NCBI RefSeq assembly: GCF_006345805.1 | Contig: NW_021832851.1 | Location: forward strand, 32,825-96,824 | DNA length: 64,000 nt | Source of the DNA: Octopus sinensis | Lineage: Eukaryota | Direction of reading: 5' to 3' | In this document: piece after piece, positions 39,443 through 52,040 of the stretch | How the letters are laid out: each line of letters begins with the position of its first letter | How positions within the stretch are numbered: position 1 is the stretch's first letter | Notes under the pieces: generated by a model | Databases searched by the model: none | What the model saw: only the letters and a program-made list of their open reading frames with translations | Told to the model about the DNA's origin: nothing | Position numbers and translations under genes: made by a program

Positions 39443-39887
39443 TATCAAGATAAACAGCGCATCACCCTACAGGTGGAGCCCTGTTAGAATTTTCTTAAGG
39501 TCTAGTAGCCCATACCGCTCAAACGGTTCCTGACTAAATGTTCTTTGCAGTTGTTGAAAGAAACACCCATCTTTGCAGACGTTAATTATTCAATCCCAGG
39601 ACCCAGGTGACAGGACCCCTAACACCCAAGAATTCTTCTTAAGATTTTCACAGAATATAAGGATTCTCTTTCTATCTTTTAGGTAGCATGTTGGGTGTTG
39701 TGCCAAGTGCACCGAACGCCACAGAAATAATTGTTGTCTCGGTATTCCACAGTCTCCTCAGTTCTCTGGCTAAATCCTGATATTTCTCAATTTTTTTCAT
39801 CTTCTACTCTATCGATTCTGCAAAATATATGACCTTCCGTCGCTTGTTTATTTTGTGCTCTATGATCATGTACGGTCATCTTGTTTC

Positions 39888-39890
<3 letters not shown>
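39443..39890 (-). pseudogene. Second R4-subfamily remnant: ORF C-terminus plus 3' UTR
   Basis: EKIEKYQDLARELRRLWNTETTIISVAFGALG...KILRRILGC* with stop at 39619-39621. Confidence 0.8.
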
Positions 39891-39918
<28 letters not shown>

Positions 39919-39955
39919 GCTATTGTTATTGTTGTTGTTGTTGTTGTTATTGTTA

Positions 39956-39990
<35 letters not shown>

Positions 39991-40222
39991 GAGTGAGAGA
40001 GCAGTTCATGCCATCAAAGTGACACTGGGGTAAAATATACGAAGCCCAATATACCCATCATGACTACCCGTCTGATAAGGTACACCAGGCACATGCATCA
40101 CAACCATATGTGCACGACATGGTGATCTCATATCAAGATAAACAGCACATGACCTTGCAGGTGGGGCCCAGTTAGAATTTTCTTCAGGCTGAGTAGCCCA
40201 TCCCACTCGAACGGTCCCTGAA
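39991..40222 (-). mobile_element. 3' part of the ~530-bp R4-tail-sharing element
   Basis: Matches 5344-5578 and is flanked by (TTA)n. Confidence 0.85.
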
Positions 40223-40233
40223 TATTATTATTA

Positions 40234-40274
<41 letters not shown>

Positions 40275-40275
<1 letters not shown>

Positions 40276-43200
40276 GTTTTTTCCTTCTTTCTTCAAATTT
40301 TCTTCCGTTTCTCGCCGAGTGTTTTCCGTACACCTAGAGTAGAGAAGCTCATATATGCATTCTCAGTTGACACACGCAAATTCACAGATAAAATATGTAT
40401 TTAAAAATTAATAAATAAATAAATTCATGGATGGATGTTGTTTTCACAGCGATAGTGCTCTTCTTAGTACATGAGCCGTTCCAGTTAATACGATTTTTTG
40501 CACTTCCTGTAGGGATGTTAGGCCTGGAATCATTTTCAAATAGGTTTCAGTACCTTTTTTTTATCATTCCTAGAGATCCTACAATCACTGGCAGGTCTTT
40601 ATATTCACTAATCTTGTCAAATTCTTTCGCCGCTATATTGTGATCGCAAGGGATACTCATGTCAATTAATAAACACTTCTTTTTTGTCTGATCTTTTATA
40701 ATAATATCCAGTTTATTAGCTTTTATAGTTTTGTCGGTCTGTATGGGGACGTCCCATAGAATCGACACATTTTCTCCCTCAGTCACGGCTTCAGGATGGT
40801 GTTTATACCATTTGTCAGCGGTTTTGATTTTATAATACCGACATATTGTCCAATGTAAATATTGGCCGACTCTGTCATGTCTTGCTCTATATTCTGCAGG
40901 TGCTAAGACACTACACCCTGAGATTAGGTGGTCTATTGTTTCAATCTCATCGTTACAGAATCGGCATTTTGGGTCAGCTCCATTTTTTATCACATTGGCT
41001 TGGTAGTTCCGGGTTAATAAGCTTTGGTCTTGAGCAGCTAATATGAAACCTTCACTCTCTGCTTTTAGCCCTGAGCTTCGTAACCATTGGTGCGTGTGTT
41101 TCTGGTTGACATCTGCTTGTTTGCTACGGGCCACATACTTGCCATGGAGAGGTTTCTGTTCCCATCTGCTAGCTAAATTTTCATGTGCTTTTGTTTTTGC
41201 AATAAATCTTATTTTCTTTGCAGCTGCAGTTGGCGCATTTCCTTCAGCCTGCTCAATCTGATGGGTATCTAAGAGATCAGCAGCGAATGTTTTGCTCTCT
41301 TTGAGAATAGAGTGAAGTTTTTTCGGTCTTTCATGTTTTTCAACAAGTTTTATCATCCAATCATTGGTTGCTTCAAGGTATTTGGCCAGTCCGATTGTGG
41401 TGGTTTTGCATGTAAGTTCAAGCTGGATCAAACCTCGACCTCCTTGAGCTCTGGGAAGGTAAAGGCGATCCGCGTCTGCCTTCGGATGGTGCATCTTATT
41501 ACATGTCAGTAGCTTGCGGAATTTTCTGTCAATTTTCATTATTTCACTGGTATTCCAGTTAAGCACATTGAAGCTATAAAGAACAACTGGTACTGCTAAG
41601 GAATTTATGGCTAACACCTTATTATATGCATTCAGCTCAGACTTCAGGACTGCTCGAACTCTTCTATAACATTCTTTCCTAACCTTCTCTTTCATGCTTG
41701 CATGCTGGATACCCGAGCCTTCATTTATTCCTAGGTATTTATAGGTTTGTTCCTGCTCAAGTTCCTTTATTACTGTTTCGACATCTAATTCGATTGAACT
41801 AGACTTTACCAATTTCCCTTTCTTAAAAGTGGCTTTGGTACACTTTTCAAGGGAAAACCTCATCCCGATATCATCACTGAATCCTTTCACGGTATTTAAT
41901 AATCCTTCAAGCTCTTCATCAATTTTGCCATATAGCTTTAAATCATCCATATAAAATAGATGGCTTATTTTCTTGTTGTCAATTTTGTAGCCATATCCTG
42001 TTCTATTCAGTTCACTTGAGAGTGGTATTAGTGCTATGCAGAAAATTAGTGGTGAAAGTGAGTCACCTTGGAAAATTCCACAGTTTATGCTAATGTTGTT
42101 TGAGTGCAATACTCCATTAGAATGATATAATTGGAGCTTCGTGTTCCATAGTGACATATTATGCATTAAAAAATCTGAAATCACAGGAGAAATTTTGAAA
42201 ATATCCAGCGATTTGAGAATCCACGAATGCGGTATGCTGTCAAAGGCTTTTTTGTAATCAATCCATAAAGAGCTGAGATTTCTGCGCTTTTTATTGCAGT
42301 TCTCAAGGATCATGCGATTAATTAGGAGCTGATCTTTGCATCCGTATGAGCCTCGTCTGCATCCTTTTTGTTCAGTGGGAAAGAGGTTATTCTCTTCCAT
42401 AAACTTATATGTTTTCTCTACTAGAATAGATGTCAAAATCTTATAGGTGGTAGATAAACATGTAATAGGCCGGTAGTTTTTTTGGTTCTTTCGTTTTGTT
42501 ATTTGTAGGGAGGAGGTAAGCAATACCATTTGCCATCCAATGGGTTGGGGTTTTTTTTCGGGTCTTTCATAATACTTTTAAATAGTATTACTAACATTTT
42601 GTGTGCGGACGAGTGATGAGAGCCAGAAATTTGGTACTCTATCAATACCAGGGGATTTCCACTTATGAGCCTTCGTTAGTGCCCTCCTTAGGTTGGCGAT
42701 TGAGATGTCTTCCCATACCTGTTCTTGTAGATTTTTGTAATCATCTTGGGTGCGTTTGATCCACTCTGCATTTTCATTGTATGGTTTCTCATCACTCCAG
42801 ATACCCTTCCAAAAGATTTCAACTTCTTCCATTAGGGGTGGATTTTCAATGGTTATTTTTTCTTTCCCTATTTCCCTGTAAAATGATTTGGCATTGGATT
42901 TGAACATCTTATTTTGTTTGTAGAATTTGATTCTTTTCTCAAATCTGCGTATTCTCTGAGCTTTTGCTTGAACTTTTTGTTTAAGTGTTTCTTTCGCTGA
43001 CATTAGTTCTTCTCTTGTTGAATGTCCATATTTTCTCACAATCTTCCTGCCTTTTCTTGGTCTTACATCATTTCCAGAGATTAGCTCGGTTAATATTGAT
43101 ATCTCTCTTCGCAATGATTCAATTTCAGCTTCAATTCTACTCTTCCAGTTTGATTTGTTTTCGAATTTGGTACTGTTGGCTTTTTGGGTGTTAAACAGCG

Positions 43201-43925
43201 TCTTTCGATTACCTTAGCGACAGAATAAATAATTTCATTTAATTTATTAAGATCGGGTTTTAGTTGGTGTATGATTTCTTGTGTCACGCAGTTGCCAATT
43301 TTTATTTGTGTTTTATGTTGGTGTGCATTTGAGAGTTTATGGAGTGGTTCCATAGTTGTATGGCCTACAACTGCAAGCTCATTCAGAACTTCTTGCTTTA
43401 TTTCAATGATAGATTTTCTGCGTTGTTCAACAAACATGTGGTCTTCAAATTCTGTTTCGACATCATTTTCCGGGATGTTTTTTCTAGGGTCATTATATAT
43501 TCCTTTTTCTTCAGGATCTTGAGTTGTTTCGGCAGATGCTCGCCTTTCAGTCAACGCTTGTGGTCCAACATTCCTCCACTCAGCTTCGTTATTTCTTTCC
43601 TGGCTGATCTGTTTTCATCCAGGTTTGGTCTGCTAGCATATATTACTACTTTATATTCTTCCCAGTTCCATTTAGTTCTTGTACTTTTTTGATTTTTTGG
43701 TCGTTGTGGTGGTGAACTTTGGGGGCTTAATTTGGGACAAATCCCGTTTAAGTGACCTTCCAGGTTTGTATTCAGGGAAGATATTCTGCCATTTGAAAAT
43801 GTTTCGCCATCAGGCTGGCAGCCTCCTGACAGGCGCGCTTCCTGTATAACTATTGGACAAGCGATTCGGTGTACTGTTAGAAATGTTCTTTTCAAGTAAA
43901 GTTAAATTATTAAGTTTTCATTTAA
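40275..43925 (-). mobile_element. Apparently full-length R4/Dong-clade non-LTR retrotransposon (RLE type)
   Basis: ORF pieces from RTKWNWEEYKVVI through RT to the RLE domain, a 3' UTR and a (TAA)n tail. The 5' boundary is approximate. Confidence 0.9.
40547..42529 (-). CDS. Reverse transcriptase plus CCHC/restriction-like endonuclease (largest open piece of the R4 ORF)
   Basis: NYRPITCL, GIFQGDSLSPL, HLFYMDDLKLY, KYLG, CRFC...H...C, RARHD. A +1 frameshift in an A run hides the true end GTETYLKMIPG...VLRRALSL* at 40444. Confidence 0.92.
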   Translation of the reverse strand: MVLLTSSLQITKRKNQKNYRPITCLSTTYKILTSILVEKTYKFMEENNLFPTEQKGCRRGSYGCKDQLLINRMILENCNKKRRNLSSLWIDYKKAFDSIPHSWILKSLDIFKISPVISDFLMHNMSLWNTKLQLYHSNGVLHSNNISINCGIFQGDSLSPLIFCIALIPLSSELNRTGYGYKIDNKKISHLFYMDDLKLYGKIDEELEGLLNTVKGFSDDIGMRFSLEKCTKATFKKGKLVKSSSIELDVETVIKELEQEQTYKYLGINEGSGIQHASMKEKVRKECYRRVRAVLKSELNAYNKVLAINSLAVPVVLYSFNVLNWNTSEIMKIDRKFRKLLTCNKMHHPKADADRLYLPRAQGGRGLIQLELTCKTTTIGLAKYLEATNDWMIKLVEKHERPKKLHSILKESKTFAADLLDTHQIEQAEGNAPTAAAKKIRFIAKTKAHENLASRWEQKPLHGKYVARSKQADVNQKHTHQWLRSSGLKAESEGFILAAQDQSLLTRNYQANVIKNGADPKCRFCNDEIETIDHLISGCSVLAPAEYRARHDRVGQYLHWTICRYYKIKTADKWYKHHPEAVTEGENVSILWDVPIQTDKTIKANKLDIIIKDQTKKKCLLIDMSIPCDHNIAAKEFDKISEYKDLPVIVGSLGMIKKRY

Positions 43926-43977
43926 AAAAAAAAAAAATTACCACTAATCTTCATACAGGGGCCTCATTTATCATCAT

Positions 43978-44265
43978 TAGCAGCAGCAGCCCCAGTAGTT
44001 GTAGCAGCAGCAGCGGCAGTGGTAGTAGCAATAGTAATGACAGCAGCAACAAAAGCAGCAGCAGTGGTAGTACCAGCAGTAGTCGCAGCGGTGTTAGCTG
44101 CAGCAGTAGTAGCAGCAACAGCAGCAGCAGTAGTAGTGGCCGTAGTTGTATCGGCAGCAGCAGTAGTAGTAGTATTAGCAGTAGTAGTAGTAGTATCAAT
44201 AGCAGCAGCAGTAGTAGTAGCAGTAGTAGCCACAGCACCAGTAGTAGTAGTAGTAGTAGTAGTAA
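43978..44265. repeat. (AGC)n/(AGT)n compound microsatellite
   Basis: Read directly; source of the Ser/Ala/Leu-rich ORFs. Confidence 0.9.
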
Positions 44266-45053
44266 GTGTGGCTAATGTAATTTTTTTTTTAGGTGGGATG
44301 GGGTCCTATCGATCAAAAAAACTTCAAATGTCTACTACTACTAGCAGCGAACATTAAGAAAAATTAAGGAAGGGCCGAGTTACTCTGTTCCGTATTATTT
44401 GTGAATAAAGAAGTTGTGTTCGACCAAAGAGAATCTATAATTAGTATCATTATTTTTTTTCCATGTGCGTTTGTGTTATTGCAATAAAAGTCTTTGTATA
44501 TTTCGGGTAGACAGGGAGAAATAAAGGTAATACTATAGAGATTGAAGTTAACTTTTCTAGAGATATTTGTATGTCCAGTTAGTGAGAACAGATGCAATAA
44601 AACGTATATGTTTACATTTATATTTGAATATTCAGGTAGGAAGTAAAGAAAAGTCAAATTTTCATAGAAAGTTTAAAGATTTATCAAAGATAGTCTTTTG
44701 TAACTCCACACAAAGAAAGGCGTGATGTTTTTAGAAAGAAGAAAAAAAAAGGGGGATGTTACAGAGGGAAGGATAAGTATTCAAGGCAGTCAGTTATGGA
44801 TAGTAAAGTTTTTAAAGCTGATCGTTTGTGTGTTTGAAAACTGTAGATATGTAAATTTGTAAATTTCTTAACTTATTTTGAAGAGAATTTTAAATACTCA
44901 CAGGATATTGTAGTTATTCCAGTCTTTGAGAGTTATTTTCCCCCGTTGTCCCACTAGGTCATATTAGTGTGTCTATGGCTTTCGGCTACTGAATTGTCAG
45001 AGCAGCGAGGAACACGTCCAGCCGTTATCAAGGCTGGCGCTCCTCTTCTTCTT

Positions 45054-45084
<31 letters not shown>

Positions 45085-45087
45085 TTA

Positions 45088-45136
<49 letters not shown>

Positions 45137-45161
45137 TATTATTATTTTATTATTATTATTA

Positions 45162-45195
<34 letters not shown>

Positions 45196-45245
45196 TATTA
45201 TTATTATTATTATTATTATTGTTGTTGTTATTATTATTATCATTT

Positions 45246-45771
45246 AGAGAAAGAGAACAGTGCATGCCATCAAAGCCTTGTATATCCATCATGACTACCA
45301 GTCTAAGGGTACACAACGCACATGCATCACAACCATATGTGCGCGACATGGTGATATCATATCAAGATAAACAGCACATGAACTTGTAGTTGGGGCCCAG
45401 TTAGAATTTTCTTATGGTCGAGTTACCCATCCCGCTCAAAAGGTCCCTGGATAAGGGTTGTTTAAGGATGTTGAACGAAACACCCATGTTTCCTGAGGTG
45501 AATTATTCAAACCCAAAAGAATCCCTCTCAACACATGGCTATGATGCTCCCCCACTACTTCTGCTCGTGATCAGAGATGCACATATCGTCAGCCACTAAG
45601 GGATCTGGTCAACTGGTTAAGGTCAAACAACTGACAAGTAAATCTGTGGTATTGAGCAGAATATTTGCTGTAGCCCATCTTTTATACCAAGACAAAACAA
45701 TGTACATAACACTTCCAATCAGTTAAGATCAGAAGCCATGAGAGCCACTGTCTGGCACTCCATCAGGGCAT
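45246..45771 (-). mobile_element. Most complete copy (~530 bp) of the R4-tail-sharing non-coding element
   Basis: Begins ATGCCCTGATGG on the minus strand, ends in a (TAA)n(GAA)n tail and is flanked by TAA-type microsatellites on both sides. Confidence 0.85.
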
Positions 45772-45851
45772 GAATATTCTTGTTATTATTATCATTATTA
45801 TTATAATTATAATTATTATTATTATTATTATTATTATATTATTATAATAAT

Positions 45852-45904
<53 letters not shown>

Positions 45905-46795
45905 TTAATAATAATGATAATAATAATAATAATTGATATTATATGATATAAACAGTTTAATAACAATTCCTATGCGATGTTTTCAGTTACGTTGCTTGAA
46001 TTTCGTATTAATGATATTTTGTATAAGAAGATTATTCGTGAATGCTCAAGTTGTCTATATCACATACACTTCAAATACATAATGGATATATAACTATATA
46101 AATATCTTTATGTTATGTATTTTTAATACACATATACAGAGATTTTAAATTCACATCATAACAAACATAAAAGGAGAAAGTATACAGGAAGTACAGAAAA
46201 AAAAATTGTAATTCAATCATTCTGCTAAATTGCTTTCAGGGTTCAAGGATGTCAAAGTAATCAAACGGTAAATTCATATTATTCACTACAAGGAAGACGT
46301 AATTATAATATCGCGTGATATGAGATGGAAAGGCATATAGGTTATTTCAAAGATATTTGTACCAAGATATATTTACACGATTAATATTCTTCTGGGTGAT
46401 TCTTATATATGTTTACCTGAAATAACGAACGCAGGAAAACAGACAAATTAAACCATATAGCATACACACACACACACGCGCGCACACACACACACATATA
46501 TATATATATATGTATATGAATGTATATGTATATATGTATGTATATGTATATATATATATATATGTATGTATTTATATATACATACATACATATATATATA
46601 TATATAAACAGGCATATCTAGATACGGTATATGCATACATATATAAAGACATATATATGCTTGTGTATATAGTATAATTATATATATTGCATATTCATAT
46701 AACGGTACATAAATGTGGACATATGTATATGTACATATATAAAAGTATATGAGTGTGTATAAATATAAATATGTATATATACATATATATATGTG

Positions 46796-46842
<47 letters not shown>

Positions 46843-47153
46843 ATGTATATATATATATGTATATGTATGTATATATACATGTATGTATATATATAAATGT
46901 ATGTATACATAAATATATATATCGTATCAACAAAGGGAGGGATGTCTTTGTGCGGGTATATTTCAAGTATACTATATATATACACACCAAAACACATGGT
47001 AAATATTTGATTGATTTTAAATCAAAATGCAACAGTCCTTTATGCAGATCCCTCCAAACGACATATATCAGCTTAGACATGTGTGAGAGTATCTGAATGT
47101 CTGTGTCTTTATATGGACACGCATATATATATATGTATGTATATATGTATATA

Positions 47154-47205
<52 letters not shown>

Positions 47206-47441
47206 ATATACATATGTGTAATAAAATATATTATATATATATACATATATGTGTATATGTTTATATATAAAATATAAAATGGGACAAGAACGGAAAACTG
47301 CCGGACAGCTAGTAATGCAAAATGGGACAACAACACATCCATATAGACGATACAAAGGAAACAAGGACAGGTCATTCGAAGCCCTCTATCCTAAGTCAAG
47401 AACCAGATTATCCTCGCAATGTCGATATATATATGTATATA

Positions 47442-47507
<66 letters not shown>

Positions 47508-47935
47508 CTTTAAATTTGGCACAATGCCTACGATTCCGGAGAAGATAGTAAGTCTACTACATCAAACCGACTGCTCGACTGGTATTTATCCTATCGATCT
47601 CGAAAGGATGAACGGTAAACTCGACCCTCAGACAATAAAATCGTGTTTAGGTGTTAAGTACCAACTGCACCAGACGATTCGAACTTTATATGTGATGAAG
47701 GACATTATGGACTTCGAGCGTCGAAGAGGCAGATGGACACATCGCCTACCATACGGAAGTATATATGTATATAAGCATTTACACATGTAACTATATATGC
47801 ATTTAAATATAAATGAATTGTACGTACATACATGTGTGTGTACACTATATATATACATATTCATAAATATACACACAGTCAAACGTATGCGCACACACGC
47901 ACACATACACATATGTGCATATATACAAGCTAAAG

Positions 47936-48828
47936 GCGTAAAGGCGGCGAGCTGGCATAAACATTAGTACGCCGAGCGAAAAGCCTAGCGGTATTTCGTC
48001 CGCCTTTACGTACTGAGTTCAAATTCCGCCGAGGTCGACTTTGCCTTTCATTCTTTCGGGGTCGATAAATTAAGTACCAATTACGCACTGAGGTCGATGT
48101 AGTCGACTTAATCCGTTTGTCTGTCCTTGTTTGTCCCCTCTATGTTTAGCCCCTTGTGGGCAATAAAGCAATAACAATCATATATGGATACATACATGCG
48201 TAAATTCATACTGAGAGACTTTCGTCGGTTCAATTTAATTCTGCATTTATGCATTACCATTCTTTTCTAATCTAGGCACAATGTCCGAATTTTTTTTTAT
48301 TATGGGGGGGGGGTGCAGTCAATTAGATCGACACCATGACGGAAATGGTACTTAGTTTATGGAGATTGAGACGAAATACTGCTAAATATTTCGGCCGGCG
48401 TGCAACATTTCTTATTTCTTTATTGGCGAAAAGGGGCTAAATATAGAGGGGACAAACAAGGTCAGACAAAGGGATTAACTCGTTTACATCGACCCCACTG
48501 CGTAACTGGAACTTAATTTATCGACCCCGAAAGGATGAAAGGCAAAGTCAACCTCGGCGGAATTTGAACTCAGAACGTAATGTCAGACGAAATACCTATT
48601 TCTCTACTACCCACAAGGGGCTAAACACAGAGAAGACAAACAAGAACAGACAAGCGGATTATGTCGATTATATCGACTCCAGTGCGTAACCGATACTTAT
48701 TTAATCGACTCCGAAAGAATGAAAGGTAATGTCGACCTCGGTGGAATTTGAACTCAGAACGTAGCGCAGACGAAATAGCGCTAAACATTTCGCCTAGCTT
48801 GCTAACGTTTCTGCCAGTTCGCCGCCTT
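47936..48828. mobile_element. Inverted pair of SINE family A copies (+ 47936-48172; - 48270-48828)
   Basis: Family consensus present in opposite orientations. Confidence 0.85.
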
Positions 48829-50702
48829 CAATATATGAATTAACATTGAGTATTAACTTCATGAAATTAGCGATTTGATGAAACCAAAACATATAAAGTG
48901 GCATCAGCTCTGATTATTATAATTCGAATATAGTTTTGCGTGAAGTATAACGGCGATCACATAATCACTTTCTTTTAGGCCTTTTAACATTTATATATTC
49001 ATATATCTTCTTCGTGTATCCTCGTAGAAATGATGAAATGACATAGATGTTAGAAGAATGAAAAATGTGTAGATAAATGTAAGCGATTTATAATTAGTAA
49101 GTAATGCAAGCAAATCATACATGAATATATGTCTGTGTATGTGTATGTGTATATATATGCGTATAATGTTTTTGCGCGTCTCGATGTATGTATAAAAGTT
49201 TCCATATGACAGTTCATACCGTCATAAAAGTGTAAACGTCGAACAATATGTTAGAAATAGTGATGAAATCTCTCTCAAATTACACCTAGCCTGATGTAAA
49301 CATTAACATCAACAACGAAAACACAACGAAAACACAAACAGGAATTTAACAAATTACCATCTGTTTACCGAGCAAACACATTGCTATTTGCTGCAACACT
49401 GATATTTTATGCCTTGCTTCCACCACATCCCTATAAGAATATTAATGTTTATTTGTCCATACTAAATATTCGCTATCACTGCGTTCAAATTAATTTCCCT
49501 AGAAATCTGAACCGGTTTTTGATCATTCTGCCATTAATAATTCCAAGCGTTAGAATATATGTATACACTCAGAAATAGCATCTTTATGAATTTTTTTTAA
49601 TCACTCATTTGGGGTTGAAATATAACCTCGTACTTGTTTATTAAACAGTGTTTTGCTGCCTATGTTAATGTTCTTTGGAGGTGTTTTAACATTTTGTTAG
49701 TGCTTTTTTGCTTTTGATTTTTTTGATGTAGAACTCAATACATGATGAAACATGCTGTCACCAGCGAAGAAAATAAATATCCAAAATATCATCATTTGAC
49801 TCAGTAAAGTATAGACAAGGCAAAAATGTTTTATAAATCAATTATGAGATAATGCATGTATGAAGTTTTATTAAAATCCCACTAAGTGACGTATTTATTC
49901 GGCTATTTTTTACGCACAAGTATCGCAGAAATTAAAGCTAAATTTTCACTTGCTTTACAGCAGGCCTAAGTTGTATCATCGAAATTAACTTAAAATATTG
50001 TTATGCATTGCAGAAGAACCATATTTGCTGTCGACATTGTTTATGACCTTACATATTTTATACCTTTTTCTTTTAATCGGAGAGGAATGCATTGCGTATA
50101 AACCATTACGGCGACTCTTATATTTGTAGAAAGCAGGGGGGAGTCTGTTAGTTTGACCCTCACCCCATCCCTTAGTTTATCCTCTGATTCGTCATTACCT
50201 GTTATGGATTTTCCATCTGTGAAAGCACACTTCAGCTCATATGGACTAGTAAAATCGCTTACAATCGTAATTTCGTTTCGTACACTAAATGGCTTGCTGT
50301 TAAACAAGTTTGATTCTAATTGCTTCATCAAAATCAAAATAGGCCATGATTAAACTAACAAAAATGTAGCCGAGATTTCAAAACTTTAACCATTTTTCTC
50401 TGATAATAAATGTTTTGGATGTTAAAAATATAATAACCAGATTAATAAGTAAATACGATTCATATATAAACACTTTATAGTTTGTATTTTAATAAAACAT
50501 AACTCATTATGTTTTCCTCTATTAATTTCTCATTTATACTCTATGTACAATATGTGAATAAGCAGAGTACTATATTGCTTAGGATGGTATTTAACAGACA
50601 TTGAATGATTAAATATTAAACATATTTAAATGTTAATCGTTGATCAAGTAGTCATTACTCTTTCTAGAACTGTACATACATATATACGTGTATATATGTA
50701 TG

Positions 50703-50811
<109 letters not shown>

Positions 50812-51245
50812 TATATATAAGGGTAGCAAAAAAGTCTAGAAAAATTCTCCGCTACCAGCGGTCCAGCGAGAGAGAAAAGATAGTCAAAGACTATATAATA
50901 TACATTTAAAAATATAAGGAATGGCCATAATAGGACATTCGACTCACTAGAAAGAGCAGCCAAACTCAAACCGCTAATAGTTGTAATTCTGAAATTGAAA
51001 GAGAAATAAAAACGTTTACCCCTTTCATCTCTGGACTATGCATAGTAGCGGAGAATTTTTTCTAGAATTTTTTGCCACCCTTATATTTATTAATTAATGA
51101 TTTTTTGGCTAATTTTGAAATTAAATCAGCAGTTTATATTTGCTGCTGAGAAAACCGCGCGATTGCGGTAGATTTTGAAAATTTATAGCATATAGACTGG
51201 AGGCTTCCCTACCATCGCCTCGTGGATATATACTCGTCCTTGGCT

Positions 51246-51340
51246 TCTCTGCTGACGAGGCACGCCAGCTGTAAATAAATTTAATTTAACTTAATTAATT
51301 TGTTTACCAAATTTTGCCGAAACTCTACATAGTCCAGAGA
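51246..51340 (+). ncRNA. Complete type I hammerhead ribozyme (GUC site after 51334)
   Basis: Stem I TCTCTG/CAGAGA; core CTGACGA (51252-51258); stem II GGCA/TGCC with inner GTAAATAAATT/AATTTGTTTAC; GAAA (51319-51322); helix III ACT/AGT. Confidence 0.82.
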
Positions 51341-51945
51341 TTAATTAAGTTAAATTAAATTTATTTACAGCTGGCGTGCCTCGTCAGCAGAGAAGCCAAG
51401 GACGAGTATATATCCACGAGGCGATGGTAGGGAAGCCTCCAGTCTATATGCTATAAATTTTCAAAATCTACCGCAATCGCGCGGTTTTCTCAGCAGCAAA
51501 TATAAACTGCTGATTTAATTTCAAAATTAGCCAAAAAATCATTAATTAATAAATATAAGGGTGGCAAAAAATTCTCCGCTACCATGCATAGTCCAGAGAT
51601 GAAAGGGGTAAACGTTTTTATTTCTCTTTCAATTTCAGAATTACAACTATTAGCGGTTTGAGTTTGGCTGCTCTTTCTAGTGAGTCGAATGTCCTATTAT
51701 GGCCATTCCTTATATTTTTGAATGTATATTATATAGTCTTTGACTATCTTTTCTTTCTCGTTGGAACGCTGGTAGCGGAGAATTTTTTCTAGAATTTTTT
51801 GCTACCCTTATATTTATTAATTAATGATTTTTTGACTAATTTTGAAATTAAATCAGCAGCTTTTGCGGTAGATTTTGAAAATTTATAGCATATAGACTGG
51901 AGGCTTCCCTACTATCGCCTCGTGGATATATACTCGTCCTTGGCT

Positions 51946-52040
51946 TCTCTGCTGACGAGGCACGCCAGCTGTAAATAAATTTAATTTAATTTAATTAATT
52001 TGTTTACCAAATATTGCCGCTACTATGCATAGTCCAGAGA
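51946..52040 (+). ncRNA. Second HHR copy with GAAAC changed to GCTAC (probably inactive)
   Basis: Exactly 700 nt from the first copy. Helix III is the perfect palindrome ACTATGCATAGT. Confidence 0.7.

Noticed and set aside
43801-43834. CTGATGG-C-GAAAC hammerhead-like string near the R4 5' end
   Set aside because: The core A is missing, there is no room for stem II and helix III does not pair.
43853-44357. Ser-, Ala/Thr- and Leu-rich ORFs on both strands
   Set aside because: They arise from an (AGC)/(AGT)n array that is open in several frames.
50817-51083. Apparent 265-bp MITE with ~40-bp TIRs and TA flanks
   Set aside because: The TIR-like segment is an internal part of the head-to-tail unit (51770-51811) and the HHR continues across the boundary. 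An inversion junction explains it better, though a MITE origin is not excluded.
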